A stretch of 64,000 bases of DNA from Camelus dromedarius (taxonomy: Eukaryota), in contig NC_087472.1 of the NCBI RefSeq assembly GCF_036321535.1, positions 96,412,001 through 96,476,000 of the forward strand, read 5' to 3'. This document shows positions 39,582-52,022 of this stretch, piece after piece. The notes under the pieces are model-generated. The model was not told the DNA's origin. It saw nothing but the letters and a program-made list of their open reading frames with translations, and did not search any database. Both the position numbers and the translations under genes were made by a program. The number at the start of each line of letters is the position of its first letter. Position 1 is the first letter of the stretch.

Positions 39582-40429
39582 TATACAAAGGCAACTGATA
39601 TGCCAGGAGAAAATGATTCTTGTCTGTCTATTGCTGAGCAAGGGTCATGTTTCAGGAACTCTTAGTCAAGGAGTTTCTGATGCTATTTCAATAGACTGTA
39701 TCTACTGTAATATGTAATTATCACAATTGCTATTGGTGAGAAAACACATTTATTGTATAGTAGTCTACGATTCAGGAGTTTCACGAATTTGTCTTGGGGT
39801 CCTCTCATTTGTGGTTCTTCACTGTGAATATTCTATTATCATTATGTCTGCATCTAAACATCAAGAGATTCTTTTTAAAAACCTGCCCAAAGAGGCTGGC
39901 CGATCTCAAGGCAACAATATTACTGGAGAACAATGGCCCATAAACTATCTAGGACTCCATCCTATCCCTCCACCCACCGTTAGGCCTGTAGCTATGGCCT
40001 CCAGTTAAACTGTACTGCCATCACCTGGAACAATAGTTCTCAACCGTATCGGAGGCCAACCACCTTTTAAAACAAACAGTTTAATCCTGAACTGTAAATC
40101 GTAGACAATACAACTTACCTACCACATACTTTAAAAAAGACGGTAAAGCCCCTTCTGTGATACATAGGGAATTAAAAGGTAAGTACTTCGGTAAAAGAAG
40201 GTCGTCTTACCTGCACATCCCTATGAAAACCGCTAGGCCGATCACTGGGCGATTCAGTGAAGAATTCTGATGCTTGCACCAAATACAGCGAGCCTGCATG
40301 TAGGCAAGGGCTACAAATGGGGACTCTCTAGGTGTGTTAAACTGGTGACGGACACCACGAGTAGTCCTGCCATTGAGAACAAACAAGAGAGCCCCCCCCA
40401 AAGGAATAATTCTTGGTGAAGTGATCGCG

Positions 40430-41040
40430 CAGAGAAGAAATGACCACCTTCCAGGACCTTGTCGGCAACAGAATTTCCGAGAAAACCGGTGCGTATTAAA
40501 GCCTCAGCAAAAACTCACGTATTTTCTCGCTGGCTGCTTGTGCGTTGGGGTGCATGCTTTCAAGGTCATATGAAAAGAATGTCCAGCCAGCAGCCCTCAG
40601 CGGAAATGCGGAGACTAGGACTGGAAGCGCCGGCCACGGGCCTCGCACCGGGGAAGGAAAACCGGAAGTCTTAGCTTGCGAACCACGCATGCGCACACAC
40701 GGATGCGCCAGGGCGGGGAGGCAGGGTTGCGGGGCGTGCGGGAGGAGGGGGAAGGGTGAGCGTTCCACATCCACTTCCGGCCGTTCTGCAGCGCCACGAG
40801 GCGAGATCCACTGCGGTGGCTGCTTCCACACATTTCGGTCTTTCTCCAGATCGCAAGTATTTTGCGCGCTGCTACTTTGGGAGCAGGTTTCTTGCTGTCC
40901 ATTTTGAGGTGAGGCTGGGCGCTCCACTGCAGAGTGGCCGCGTTTGCAAGACTGTACATCCGTATTGCCGACAGGTTTTCAGCCCGGTCATCGATGCACT
41001 TACGTTGTCTCTTCTTTTAGGGCCCCTCTTTTGTACCACA
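40430..41040 (+). promoter_or_regulatory. CpG-island promoter/5' region of the SPT20-like gene
   Basis: CpG-dense. ETS/GABP ACCGGAAGT 40661 and ACTTCCGG 40773; NRF1-like CGCATGCGCA 40686; GC box 40711; YY1-like CCATTTTG 40899. Confidence 0.75.
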
Positions 41041-43365
41041 ATGCAGCAAGCTGTAGAAAGAGCTTTGGATCGTGCGGAGTACATCATTGAAAGTGCCCAA
41101 CAGAGACCCCCGAAAAGGAAACACTCATCTAGTGGGCAAACATCTCTCTCGGAAAAACTTTATGACATTTACGTTGAAGAATGTGAAAAAGAGCCTGCCA
41201 TTCCGGAGGAATTGCGAAGCAACGTGAACTTGTTAGAGAAGCTTGTTCGGAGAGAGTCGTTGCCGTGTTTGGTGGTCAACCTGTACCCAGGAAAGGAGGG
41301 CTATTCCCTGATGCTCAAGGGAAAAAATGGATCATTTTCGGAGAGCATTCGGCTGCCTTATGAGGAAGGGGAATTACTCGAATACTTGGACGCAGAAGAA
41401 TTACCCCCTGTTTTGGTGGATCTCCTGGAAAAGTCTCAGGTTAACGTTTTTCACGATGGGTGTGTCATAGCTGAAATCCGGGACTACAGGCAGTCCAGTA
41501 ACAGGGAACCTCCCGGTTACCAAAGCAGGCATATTCTCTTACGTCCCACGATGCAGACTTTAGCCTGTGATGTAGAGGCCATAGCCAGCGATAACCAGAA
41601 ATGGACCCAAGAGGACAAACTTTTGCTTGAGAGCCAGCTGATCTTAGCCACAGCTGAACCACTGTGTCTAGACCCTTCCATATCAGTAGCCTGCACTGCC
41701 AACAGAATGCTCTATAACAAGCAAAAGCTGAACACTCTCCCCATGAAAAGGAGCTTCAAGAGGTTTTCTTCTGCGTCTCTGAATCGGCAGCTGGAGCTAT
41801 ATCATTGTTCACCTCCTCCAGAGCTAAGAGTACTGGCTTCTTGCAAAAAAATAAGGGAAAGTAAAACAGGTGAGCATTATGGCCTCAAAAATTTTAAAGC
41901 AGGAAATTGTGTAGATACATGGAAACAGAGACCCTGTGACTTGGCAGTACCTTCTGAAGTGGACGTGGAGAAATACGCTAAAAGTAAGAAGCCTGTCACA
42001 CATGATGACTCACAGCCAGCGGTCCGGCCAGCCCATGAGGTACAAGATGGTTCTGTATTTGGATATGAGGCTGCCCCTCAGTCCCAGGCCACAAAGCTGA
42101 CCGTCAGGCAGCCAATTGATAATTCCCTTTCCTTGGGAAAAAGGTCTGGTAAAGAAGCCCCATGGGAGAGAGGCCTGTTCCCCCCCCACTCCCCTGAAGA
42201 TGGCCATTCCAAGAGTTTCGTGTCGGGTCTAAAGACTGATGCCAGGAGGGTGTTCATTGGGTTGGAGGAACTGGTCCAGGAGAGCGCCCAGTGTCCAGGC
42301 CAGATGTCACCTGGCTCTGGTGGCTCAGCCGGTCTCAGGCAACCTTCTCCAAGGAAAGAAGCAGAACAGCCTAAGACTGGGTGGGTTCAGTCTTCAGTGC
42401 TGGGCAGGGGAGCCAAACCTCCACCTCCCCCCACGAGAGTTCCCTGGCACCCAGGAAAGAGCTCCTGGGGTGACCGTTTTACTTCGCTGCAGGCGGGTAG
42501 CTCTCCTGCGTCTCTGTCTCCAGCCCCTGCTCCTGAGCCACCGAGTAAATCCTCTGTGGAGCTGAATGGAGTTATTTCGCTTCCTGCCGCCACCCCATCA
42601 CAGAGGATCCCCGCCGCCGCCGCAGCAGCCGGGATGGCGGCCCCCTGCGCCGGCCTGAGCGTCACCAGAGTGGCGGGCCCTGGTCGCGGAGGCCAGGCCT
42701 CGGGGAGCAGCTCCGCCACCGGGGCCACAGAGCCCGCAGGGATCCCGCCGGGCCACCTTCCTCCCCGAGCTGGGTCACCCAGTGCACCGCGGGCTGCTCC
42801 TCCTCCAAGGCAGGTTCAACTGCTTTTGCAAGGTGCTCGCGGCCTCAGGCCCTTGGCCCTGGTGCAGCTCCCCCGCGGTTCCGTGCTCTGGAACAGCCAG
42901 CGCGGGGCCCAGCAGCCGCCGCCCCAGCGGCTCTACCAGCTGATCCCAGAGCGGCCAGGGCAGCATCCCTCCGCCGCGGGTCCCCCGCTGCCAGCGTCAC
43001 AGGGTCCGAGGGCACAGAGTTCGGTGGGTCCAAATACAGCCCTCCCTGCGCCGCGAGCCGTGGTCTTGGAGCGCAGCAGACCGCAGGGTTTCCTGCAGCC
43101 CCAGGCACTTGTGTTGTCTCAGCCGGGCTCCGGCCAGAGCCCCCCTAGGCCCAACCGCCCTCAGCAGAGGGCCCGGCGCGCCGCTGCTCTGCAGCTGCAC
43201 TGGAGGGTCGTGCAGTGCCAGGTGGCTGCGGCCACGGTCACGGCCACGGCAGCCACGCCAACGGCCCCGGCGGCCCCGGCAGCTCAGCCCTCGCCCGGCC
43301 AGCAGACGGCCGGCCAGTCACAAGGTGCAGTGAATAGAGGCCCGCCAGGCTCTCCCAAGTCCTGA
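41041..43365 (+). CDS. SUPT20HL1: Transcription factor SPT20 homolog-like (SUPT20H/FAM48A retrogene; FAM48B family), 774 aa, intronless
   Basis: [27 protein letters not shown]...LVVNLYPG...EELPP...[11 protein letters not shown]...ILLRPT...[17 protein letters not shown] is the Spt20 domain. Colinear with recalled SUPT20H to the C-terminus. Single exon. HL1 vs HL2 cannot be settled from this window. Confidence 0.92.
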   Translation: MQQAVERALDRAEYIIESAQQRPPKRKHSSSGQTSLSEKLYDIYVEECEKEPAIPEELRSNVNLLEKLVRRESLPCLVVNLYPGKEGYSLMLKGKNGSFSESIRLPYEEGELLEYLDAEELPPVLVDLLEKSQVNVFHDGCVIAEIRDYRQSSNREPPGYQSRHILLRPTMQTLACDVEAIASDNQKWTQEDKLLLESQLILATAEPLCLDPSISVACTANRMLYNKQKLNTLPMKRSFKRFSSASLNRQLELYHCSPPPELRVLASCKKIRESKTGEHYGLKNFKAGNCVDTWKQRPCDLAVPSEVDVEKYAKSKKPVTHDDSQPAVRPAHEVQDGSVFGYEAAPQSQATKLTVRQPIDNSLSLGKRSGKEAPWERGLFPPHSPEDGHSKSFVSGLKTDARRVFIGLEELVQESAQCPGQMSPGSGGSAGLRQPSPRKEAEQPKTGWVQSSVLGRGAKPPPPPTRVPWHPGKSSWGDRFTSLQAGSSPASLSPAPAPEPPSKSSVELNGVISLPAATPSQRIPAAAAAAGMAAPCAGLSVTRVAGPGRGGQASGSSSATGATEPAGIPPGHLPPRAGSPSAPRAAPPPRQVQLLLQGARGLRPLALVQLPRGSVLWNSQRGAQQPPPQRLYQLIPERPGQHPSAAGPPLPASQGPRAQSSVGPNTALPAPRAVVLERSRPQGFLQPQALVLSQPGSGQSPPRPNRPQQRARRAAALQLHWRVVQCQVAAATVTATAATPTAPAAPAAQPSPGQQTAGQSQGAVNRGPPGSPKS

Positions 43366-43699
43366 GTCCTACCTTACCTTCTCCCTTTTTCACAGCACAG
43401 GAGCATCGACCAAATTAATTATTTCAGCCTCATTTGGTGGTTTTTTTTTTTTAATGCGTCGGTATTTCACCTTGTTAGATGTACAGACTTTATCCAGAAA
43501 CGCCACCCCATGAGTTTTACTTAGAAACCGGGAAATGGCGTAATACACTGGGATTGTTTCACCCAAGTCATTTTTTGGTGGTGGTTGTTGACAGAGGTTA
43601 TTTTTATTGTTATGTTCTCACGTGTAACCAGATCCAAACTAGGGTCAGTTGAAACTCCTGAAGCCTGGCGTTTCTCTAAAGCAATGAAACTGCAGTAGC

Positions 43700-43750
43700 A
43701 ATAAAGTCAAAATCAGTATCACTTTAACAAAATGAGTGTTTTTTATGTTT
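43700..43750 (+). terminator. Polyadenylation signal AATAAA with downstream GT/T-rich element
   Basis: aataaa 43700-43705; gagtgttttttatgttt 43734-43750. Confidence 0.65.
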
Positions 43751-43757
43751 AGAGAGG

Positions 43758-44090
43758 TTACAAAGACGTCAAATTTACCGTCTTCCCGGTTTTTAAGTGC
43801 AGCTCAGTAGTGTTAAGTGGATTCACACTGTTGTACAACAGATCTCTGGGGTTGTTTTCTTCTTGCAAAAGTGAAACTCTCTCCCCAAGTGGCACCAGCT
43901 CCCCTGCTCCCTGTCCCCCAGTCCCTGGCCACCACCCCTCTGTCTTCTGTGTCTCTGAGACTGAGTGCTTTAGATACTTCATAGAACTGAGGTCCTACAG
44001 GATTTGTCTTGTGTGACGGGCTCATCTCACTTAGCGTCCTGTCGCCGAGGTCCACTGGGTTGTAGCCACAGGAAGGTCACAGCTCTTTAT
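43758..44090 (-). mobile_element. L1M 3' fragment, antisense, strongly GC-shifted
   Basis: Alignable to the same-family copy at 61960-62290. Confidence 0.75.
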
Positions 44091-44699
44091 AAATGGTTTC
44101 ACCATACACAATATATACTGAAGTGACCTATGAGGTATTAGAAACATCTTTCAGAAGAACGCACTTCGGTATTTGTTTATTTCACTTAAAAGTTTTTTTT
44201 GCAGTGTATGATATGCGATTTTTACACATTTGTTTTGGGGGGGAAAAGCTAAAACGCCCCCAAAATGATGCTTGTCACTTATATTGAGGCCATGGGAAAT
44301 CTCCAAATAGGCGGGATGGGTTAGAGGCGCCTGCTTGTGTGGTGGTCCCCAGCCCTTTAAGAGGCTCCATCTGCGCTCGGTGACCCACAGAGCCCAGGTC
44401 TCCTCCAGGCTGCAGTCACTGGCCTTGAGAAGGTGCTTGTGGGACAAGCTGTTTTCTCTGTTTATAAAATCCTTTACAGTTTGTAGAACTCTGGGTTATT
44501 TGCAGCTAAACATCTGGAAATGAGTGTATTTGTTCACTTGTCAGATGTCCTCAGCCTTGTTAGATTCTAAAGTGGACCCCCCTTCCCTCCCTGGTTGGTC
44601 ATCACAACTGTTCTCCCTGTTCGCTCATTTCTTCTTTTCTTCTTTCTCGTTTCCCTGGGACTCAAAAGATCCTTGAACTTTTCTGTTTTCCTTTTTTCC

Positions 44700-45200
44700 C
44701 TTTTTTTTTTTTTTACTGTGATATAATTCACATAAGAAACAACCATTTTAAAGTGTACAGTTCAGTGGCATTTCCTGCATTTACAATGTTGTACAACCAC
44801 CGCCTCTGTCTATTTCCAACTCCTTTTCCTCATTTCAAGAGCCACCTCTGCACCCATTCAGCACCCAGTTCCATCTTCCTCTCCCCCAGCCCTGGAAACC
44901 ACAATTTGCATTCTGTCTCTGGGGACTTCCTCATTCTAGATTTTTCCTCTAAATGGAATCAAAGACTATGCGACCTCTTCTGTCTGGCCCTTTCCTCTTG
45001 GCATAATGTTCTCGAGGTTCATCCACCTTGTAACGCGTATCAGTACTTCATTCCTTTTTACGGCAGAACGGCAGTCCCTTGTTTGTGTACACCACATCTT
45101 TTTATCTGTTGTCCGCCGATGTGTATTTGAGTTGCTCCCACCTGTTGGCTATTGTGAATAATGTGGCTGTGAACATTTGTGTACCAGTGTCTGTTTGAGT
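44700..45200 (-). mobile_element. L1MB-type 3' fragment, antisense, CpG-rich
   Basis: poly-T then aaccattttaaagtgtacagttcagtggcattt... Confidence 0.75.
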
Positions 45201-45407
45201 GCCTCTTACATTTTGGTCTGTTGTAAGTTTGAAGGACAACCTGTCTATCTAAAATTATTTTTTCTAAGTATACATGTATGTTTCCTGCCTTTTGTCCTGA
45301 GAGAAGAAGGAAATTTGGTCTGGCAGTTCCAACAGAGAGGAGAGAAGAGACGGGTAACCGGTGCTTCTTACTTGGTTAACGCAGCTGTACTAAGGTGCTG
45401 CCGATCC

Positions 45408-45780
45408 TGTTAAGGAAAGATTCAGGCAACTTGAAGTCAACACGTCAGATATGCCATCGGGGTGACACTGATCCCATTAAAGCTTTATGTAGCCCACCCT
45501 GGACATGTTCGGGAATGGTGCCTGCACTTTTACGAAGTGAACCAGTGCAATGACCAGCTGCAAAGAAGAGTTTATGCCCCATGTCAGGAGCCAAGCTGAA
45601 CTCAGAATCTCACTCGATAGGATGTACCTCCTCCCCCCCGTCCTCTCTGTGGTTCTTACAAGTAGTGCTCGAAGACCCCAGCTGAACTGTGCTTGAGTAA
45701 CGTGTTCCCTTCCCAGGCCTGCGAGTAAATTCAGCTGTGTTTCAGATTACCGTTTGGTGGTCTTTGTTTCCTTCTAATGA
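45408..45780 (+). mobile_element. Probable solo LTR
   Basis: TG start; U3/R-like composition; agtaaa followed by a GT-rich U5-like end. Confidence 0.4.
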
Positions 45781-48700
45781 ACCTCAACGAAGGTTGTGGC
45801 AAGGGCCACACTGATGAAGCAGGAAGAGTGTCACCCCTGAAATAAAATCGCGGAGTACGTATTCATTCAAACGGCTGTGTAGGGAGGACTTCCCACGTAC
45901 CTTTTACTGTGATAGGCCCCATGTAGGGGGTGGGGGTGGGGAATACAGATACCATAGAAAAGTAAAATATCTCTTCAGAATCTAGATCTTAATCAAAATT
46001 CATATCATTTTATCCTTTAGCAATTTAAGCTAAATTCCCCGTATGACAAAGTCACAATAGAATAATGAATGTTACAGCTCTAAAGATGGGTACACAATAG
46101 AGAAAACGGGAAGTAGCAGAAGAGTCAAGATTTTGGTGGCTCATCACCCTACCACGAGGCAGAGGTCAGGACACAGACCAAGGAGATGATGGAAACAGGA
46201 CTCCAGAGAGGAAACACTGCCCAGCTCATGAAGTCCAGTATGCATATCTGCACAGAGATTTTGTACTTGTTTATAAAGGTTAAGTTTAAAAAGCTATCAT
46301 TCCATTCTAGATTGCTGTTTTGAGAAAGTCTTGGGGAAAATTCCCAATTGTCCTGAGACACTTTTATTTCTTAAAAGTAACAAAATCATGTTAGGTTCCT
46401 TGCCAGACAGTCTCCAAGGTCCTGGTTCCACTTGCCACCTCTCAGCTGATACCAATATCGTCTTTGGTTTTTGTTGTGAGTTGCCTCCTGAAATAGCACC
46501 ACAACCACCTGTTCATTAGAGAAAGCTGAGTATTCTTCCCGGCAAGGGAGAAGACAACCCGGACGGAGCCTTAGTAGTGTTTTCGGTAGTTTAATGTCTT
46601 TTTCTATAAAACCTAATAACATAATCCTTCATGTCCAGTACCTCAGTATTTGATCTGCAGGGAAAACGTCAAACTTAGCTGCTTTAACTGCATTTTGAAA
46701 AACACCTAAGCTATAAAATACAGGATTTTTTCCCTTTATTCTACCTGCTAGGCACTGTTCGATTTTTACATTTCAACTCACTCAGTCCTTGCAAGGACCA
46801 TGTGAGGAAGGCACAATTAAGGATGAGGAAACAAGTCACTGGGAGCTTAAAGAATTTGCTCACGGTCACCCAGCTATGAAGTATCAGCTCTCAGATTTGG
46901 ACCCAAGCCTTATGGGGTCAGACCGTGTCCTTTACCACACTACCCTCTCCACTGCCTCACTGAGGGCAAGACATAGACCTGTCCCCACTGGGCTCATCCT
47001 TTGGTTGGGAAGACCTTGACATGGGGGTGAAATGTCACTTAGCGATATGTTGGTGTTTGAGGGGAGCTAATAACTGACATCTCCATTTGAAAGAGATTCA
47101 GGAGTCAGCCAGCCAGAAGTCAATATATCCTCTTCTTACGTGCTGCTCATATATTCAAGGACATAATTTAGATCTGGGCCAAGCCAGTTTCCTAGTACTG
47201 CACCGTGTATTAGGGAGATTCTTCTACTCACTCACAGACAGCCGGAGAACCTCAGACCCCTCCCCACGGGTCTGGCTCTCTGACTGGGGGGAACTGAGTG
47301 GGCAGAGCAAGGCCACTTTTGCTCTAATGAAGAGCTTCTTGACTCCTGGGCAATAGGCCTCTGGCATTTGGTGAAGACTATGGATCCTTTCTCAGAGTAA
47401 CATTTTTATGTGCAGAAAAGAATACATTATACTACATTATATATAGTAAATATAATATCTAAATATATATAATAATATATAATATATAATAATGAGGCAT
47501 TAGAAAGGAAGCCCATTACACTAAAATACAACCCTGAAAGTATAAATAAATAAATTTATGATAAATAATAAATGTGCTTCTTTGTTAATGCATTAAATAG
47601 TAAGATTTAGCAGTGGGACTACTAATTACCCTTGTTTCAAAGCAGTGCTGAGCAGGAATGATATTCTGAGGTATCTGCTGTATTTCATATATCTGAAATA
47701 TATGAAAACATCTGTGATTTCTATTCGACACAAATTCATAGACACTGTTAATATTACTATGGTTTGTTACTGGTATTCATTTGTAGCAAATATACATTTC
47801 ACTTAGAGGTCAGAGAATATAAAGACATAAGGCATTTTCTTTTCTCATTAAGTTCAGGGGTCCCCTGAAAGTGTCCATGGGCTCCAGGTTAGGAATACTC
47901 ACTCTAAGGGAAGCTCCTCCCTTGGAAAAAAAGTAGGTAATAAGCATCATCTCCAACAGCATATGTTACACGAACAAGACCACAGGTGATGATCAAGTTT
48001 GTTTACATTGTACATAGTGGCCAGATTACTGAATGGTGATCACAGCAGGTTGGAAAGCAGTAGTTTGCAAGGCATGGATTATTCATTTACTCCTCAAAAT
48101 GACCCTATTGGTAGTTAGTGTTGTTATCTCCATTTTCAAGTGAGGAAGCCGAGGTTGTGTCACTTGTCAAAGGTCCCACATCTAGCTAATGGGAGGGTCA
48201 GGATTTGAAATTCAGGAGGCCTGTTGCCCAGGTAGTTTGGATCCAGAACCCACGGTCTTAAACCACAAAACTGAACCTGTTTAGTAGGTTTAGACAGCTA
48301 GTTTAGGAATACCTAGGGCTAGGTGTAACTGCCATTTATAAAGTTATTGCCCTAGAAGAATATTTATTTTTTTAGTTGAAAATGTTCCTTTTTATTTGGT
48401 TAGGAAAGGAATAGAAAAATATATTTTATGACTTCAATGTTAAAAGTGAAAAAGGGCATGTGGGATTGCTTAGGAGTAAACTCTGGTGAAATGCTTACTC
48501 ATTAGAGATTCTATATTTAAGCACTGGTGTTAGAACAAATTCAACCTAGAAAAATACTTATAAATAAATCATTGGAAGACAGCCCTTCCATAGACTGGGG
48601 CTTCCTCCATATCGAGATCAGGAATTACCAAACACCCTGTAGTGGCCAGTCATCCACTGTATTGAATAAGCATTATCCCCAAGTGGCCTTCCTCTGGATT

Positions 48701-48800
48701 GCTTGGACCACAAATCAGCTGGGGCTGGAGCAGGTGGGAAAGCCAGTCTTCCACTGAACTCAGCTTTCTGATGGGAGGGCATGTCACTTCTAATGAGCTC

Positions 48801-49255
48801 TGTCGAGAACTGTGAAGGTCTGAGATTTTATGCTGCTTCTGAACCAACAAGTTAGCCTTAATTTCATGGATGCTGGCAGAAGACACCAGAATATTGGGTC
48901 AGAGACAGAGGACTTGCCCAGCCAAGTCCCCTGGGGACAAGACAGAGGTGTGCAATGAATACTGCAAATGCAGTGGATGTGTGTCACAGGAGGAAAACCC
49001 AAGCTTAGGAAATAACAATATTTTTAAAGGGCTGCAAACAAGCCCAAATTTTGCTCTAGAGAGAGAGATTATCTTTATTATTACAGGTAACAAACACGTT
49101 TGTCTTTGGCTCCGTTAGGGAGATACTCTCTCTCTTTCCTAAGGCTGTTCACTATACAAACTTCCTTGGAAAGTTAGTTCAAAATAAAGGCTGTCAGTGT
49201 CTCTGCTCAAAAGACATGCACAAACAGGAGGAACATGGAGAAGTGTCCCCCAGTA
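48801..49255. mobile_element. Probable ERV1-type solo LTR
   Basis: gagaactgtgaaggtctgagatttta...tttcatggatgctggcagaagacac...gaagtgtccccca resembles MER-group LTRs. Confidence 0.45.
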
Positions 49256-49659
49256 GACTTCAAGTGCTGGCAAGTGGAATTCCCAGGTAACTCCTTTAAA
49301 TAGCCAGTGTCCAACTCCAGACTGCCTGGCAATTAAGCAGTTTGTCTGTCCCTTCACTGATAAGGTTGTTTTCTCATGTGCACTCTATAACAGGAGAGCA
49401 ACACAGGTACAGGTTCCTCTACTGGTACATAAATCCATGCTATGTATCCAGGAGGGTTTAGTGGATGATGGAAGGAAAGGGACCTGTGCTTTCTCTTGTC
49501 CTGTTACCTTGCCCTTGTAAGTTTTCCTTTCCCCCAATAAAGCTGATGACAATTTATTCCAAGCCCTGGTGCACAACAGGTGATACCCAAATTGTCTTAG
49601 TACAGTAGATAAAGAAAAATAACAGAGATCTAAGAGTTCCCAGCAGACAGAAGGAAGAA

Positions 49660-51420
49660 GATAAAACAGGACAGGCACCCAGCAAAACAGAACTGCTAGA
49701 GGAGGACAGATAACAACTTTTTAAAAATCGCAAACTTTCTGTAAATAGATGCTATGGCTTCAAACTTAAAAACACATTAGATGAATTAAGGGAGAGACTA
49801 GCTACTAATATGGCCAGAGTGAGTAATCGGGGTGAAGGAGAAAAAATATCTCAAGGCATAATGTCTCAAAAATACAAAAAGATGGAATTTATAAGGAGAA
49901 AAAGATAAGACACTTGGAGGATAGATCTAGGAGACATAGCAAGCAAAAACAGGGTTAAGAAGGAGGGAAAGGCTTGCTGGGAATGTAAATTGGTGCAGCC
50001 ACTATGGAGAACAGTATGGAGTTTCCGTAAAAATACTAACACTAAAGTTACCATATCTAGCAATCCCACTCCTGGGCATATATCCAGAAAAGACAAAAAC
50101 TCTAATTCTAAAAGATACATACACCCCAAAGTTCAAAGCAGCACTATTTAGAATAGCCAAGACATGGCGACAAGCTAAATGTCCATCAACAGGTGACTGG
50201 ATAAAGTAGTTGTGAGATATATATACATACATACCCACAATGGACTATTACTCCGCCTTAAAAAAGAAGGAAATAATGCCATTTGCAGCAATATGGATGG
50301 ATCCAGAAATTATCATACTAAGTGAAGTAAGTCAGACAGAGGAAGACAAATATCATAGAATATTACTTTTATATGGAATATTAAAAAATGACACAAACTT
50401 ATTGATAAAACAGAAACAGACTCACAGACACTAGAAATCCCAGAAGCTAGAAGATGTTGAAATAACAACTAGAGACTACTTAGAGTAAAGGACTGCAACC
50501 CAAGAATCCCATACCCAGCCAGTATTTCATTCATCCATCAGGATAAAAAACATTTAAACAAATTTTTTAAGAATTAAAAAAGTTTAACAACCCCATGCTC
50601 TATTTGAAAAAAATACTCAAGAAATCATTCTAACCAAACAACAAATGAACAAAAACGGAGGCCTGAAATACTGAAGTTGACATTAAATGGATAATGATTG
50701 GATTTCTGAAAATAGGTAATATGTAGTTTAATCTAAATCAATCATAAACAAATTCTTGGGATATGTAACATGAGTACTAGATAAGGATCCTTAAAACAAA
50801 AGAGGTTGCTGCAAAGGCAATTTTAATCATTATTTAGAACTAAACTATGTCAGAAAAACCTAGGCATTGGATGTGGTGAACATGGCGGTAGAGTGCAGAA
50901 AGAGCACTTGAAATTTCTTACTTGGAGCAAGAAGGGGAAGGGAAATTAAAATAGTCTAACAATATCATCTTATTGGGGAAGGGGATTCAGGGGAAAATAG
51001 ACAGTCTTGGTGAGAAAAATAGCTGAGGGGTCTTATTTTCAAATAATGGTAACAGAATATGCAATTGATTAAGACCACCAGAGAATAACAAGCTGCCATT
51101 AAAAGGATGGAAAAATACAATGGAATGTCCAAATTAATAAGGGTAAAACATAGAAGGGGTAGCAAATTAATAAAACCAGAAAAAAAATAAGAAAAAGGAA
51201 AAAGAAGAACCATCAAAGTCAAACGATAGGGCATAAATACAACACAAAAGGAATAAAGCCAAGTATACCAGTCATTTCAGTAAATGCAAACGGACTTAGT
51301 GCTACCAAAAGATTGAAAATGTCAAAATGAGTTTAAAAAAACAGTTATATGGTAAGCTATAAAAAATGAAGAGACAGCAAGGCCAATGCCATAAAAACCA
51401 GAAACGGCAATATTATGACC
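49660..51420 (+). mobile_element. Ancient L1M/HAL1-like ORF1 remnant containing a younger tailless L1 fragment (49975-50430)
   Basis: A-rich degenerate ORF1-like motifs (gaagctagaaga, aacccaagaatcccatacccagcc). The insert matches window L1 ORF2 tails (MDYYSALKKKEIMPFAAIW). Confidence 0.6.
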
Positions 51421-52022
51421 AGGAAAGGAGGAAGTGATGATGAAAGAGACCTACAAGAGACTGAAGAGGGACACTGCGGAACAGCAGAAGGCACAGTTTA
51501 AGAAGCAAGTGTCCGGAACGTGTGTGCTGAGCAACACAACAGCTAAATGCATAAAGGAGAAATCCTAGAATTGACTCTTGAAAGATGCCAACATTTACAG
51601 GTCAGGAAAAGCATAAGCTGGCTGAGAAGGCATGGCCAAGAAAGTAGAGGAAGAGCAGGAAGGTGGGCAGTGATCATTTCTGGAAGTCTCAACCAATATA
51701 CAGGTACAGGCGACCCCAGCAACAGTGGTCAGACAGACTCTCCACCCAGGGCCAGCTCCAGGGTCCAAGAAGACAGAACCTGGGGGACAACATTCCCTTC
51801 CCCACAGGCAGGCTGAGGGAGACACGGGCCTTTTCACATCACCCTCCATTCTGCATCTGCAATTTGGAGCAGCTTGTAATTGGGATGCACAATGCAGAAT
51901 TAGGTTCTTTTATCTAAGTGGGAGTTTCGTAGGCTTGGAGTGTTGTTAAGAAAGGAGCAGCTGCCCGATGTATGGGTGACATTGTAGAACACACCAGTAG
52001 TGGAAATAAAAAGGGGGTGCCA

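Noticed and set aside
40756..41040. 869-aa ORF starting at GTG 40756
   Set aside because: Homology to SUPT20H starts at MQQA (ATG 41041). The GTG coincides with a splice-donor-like site in the promoter island.
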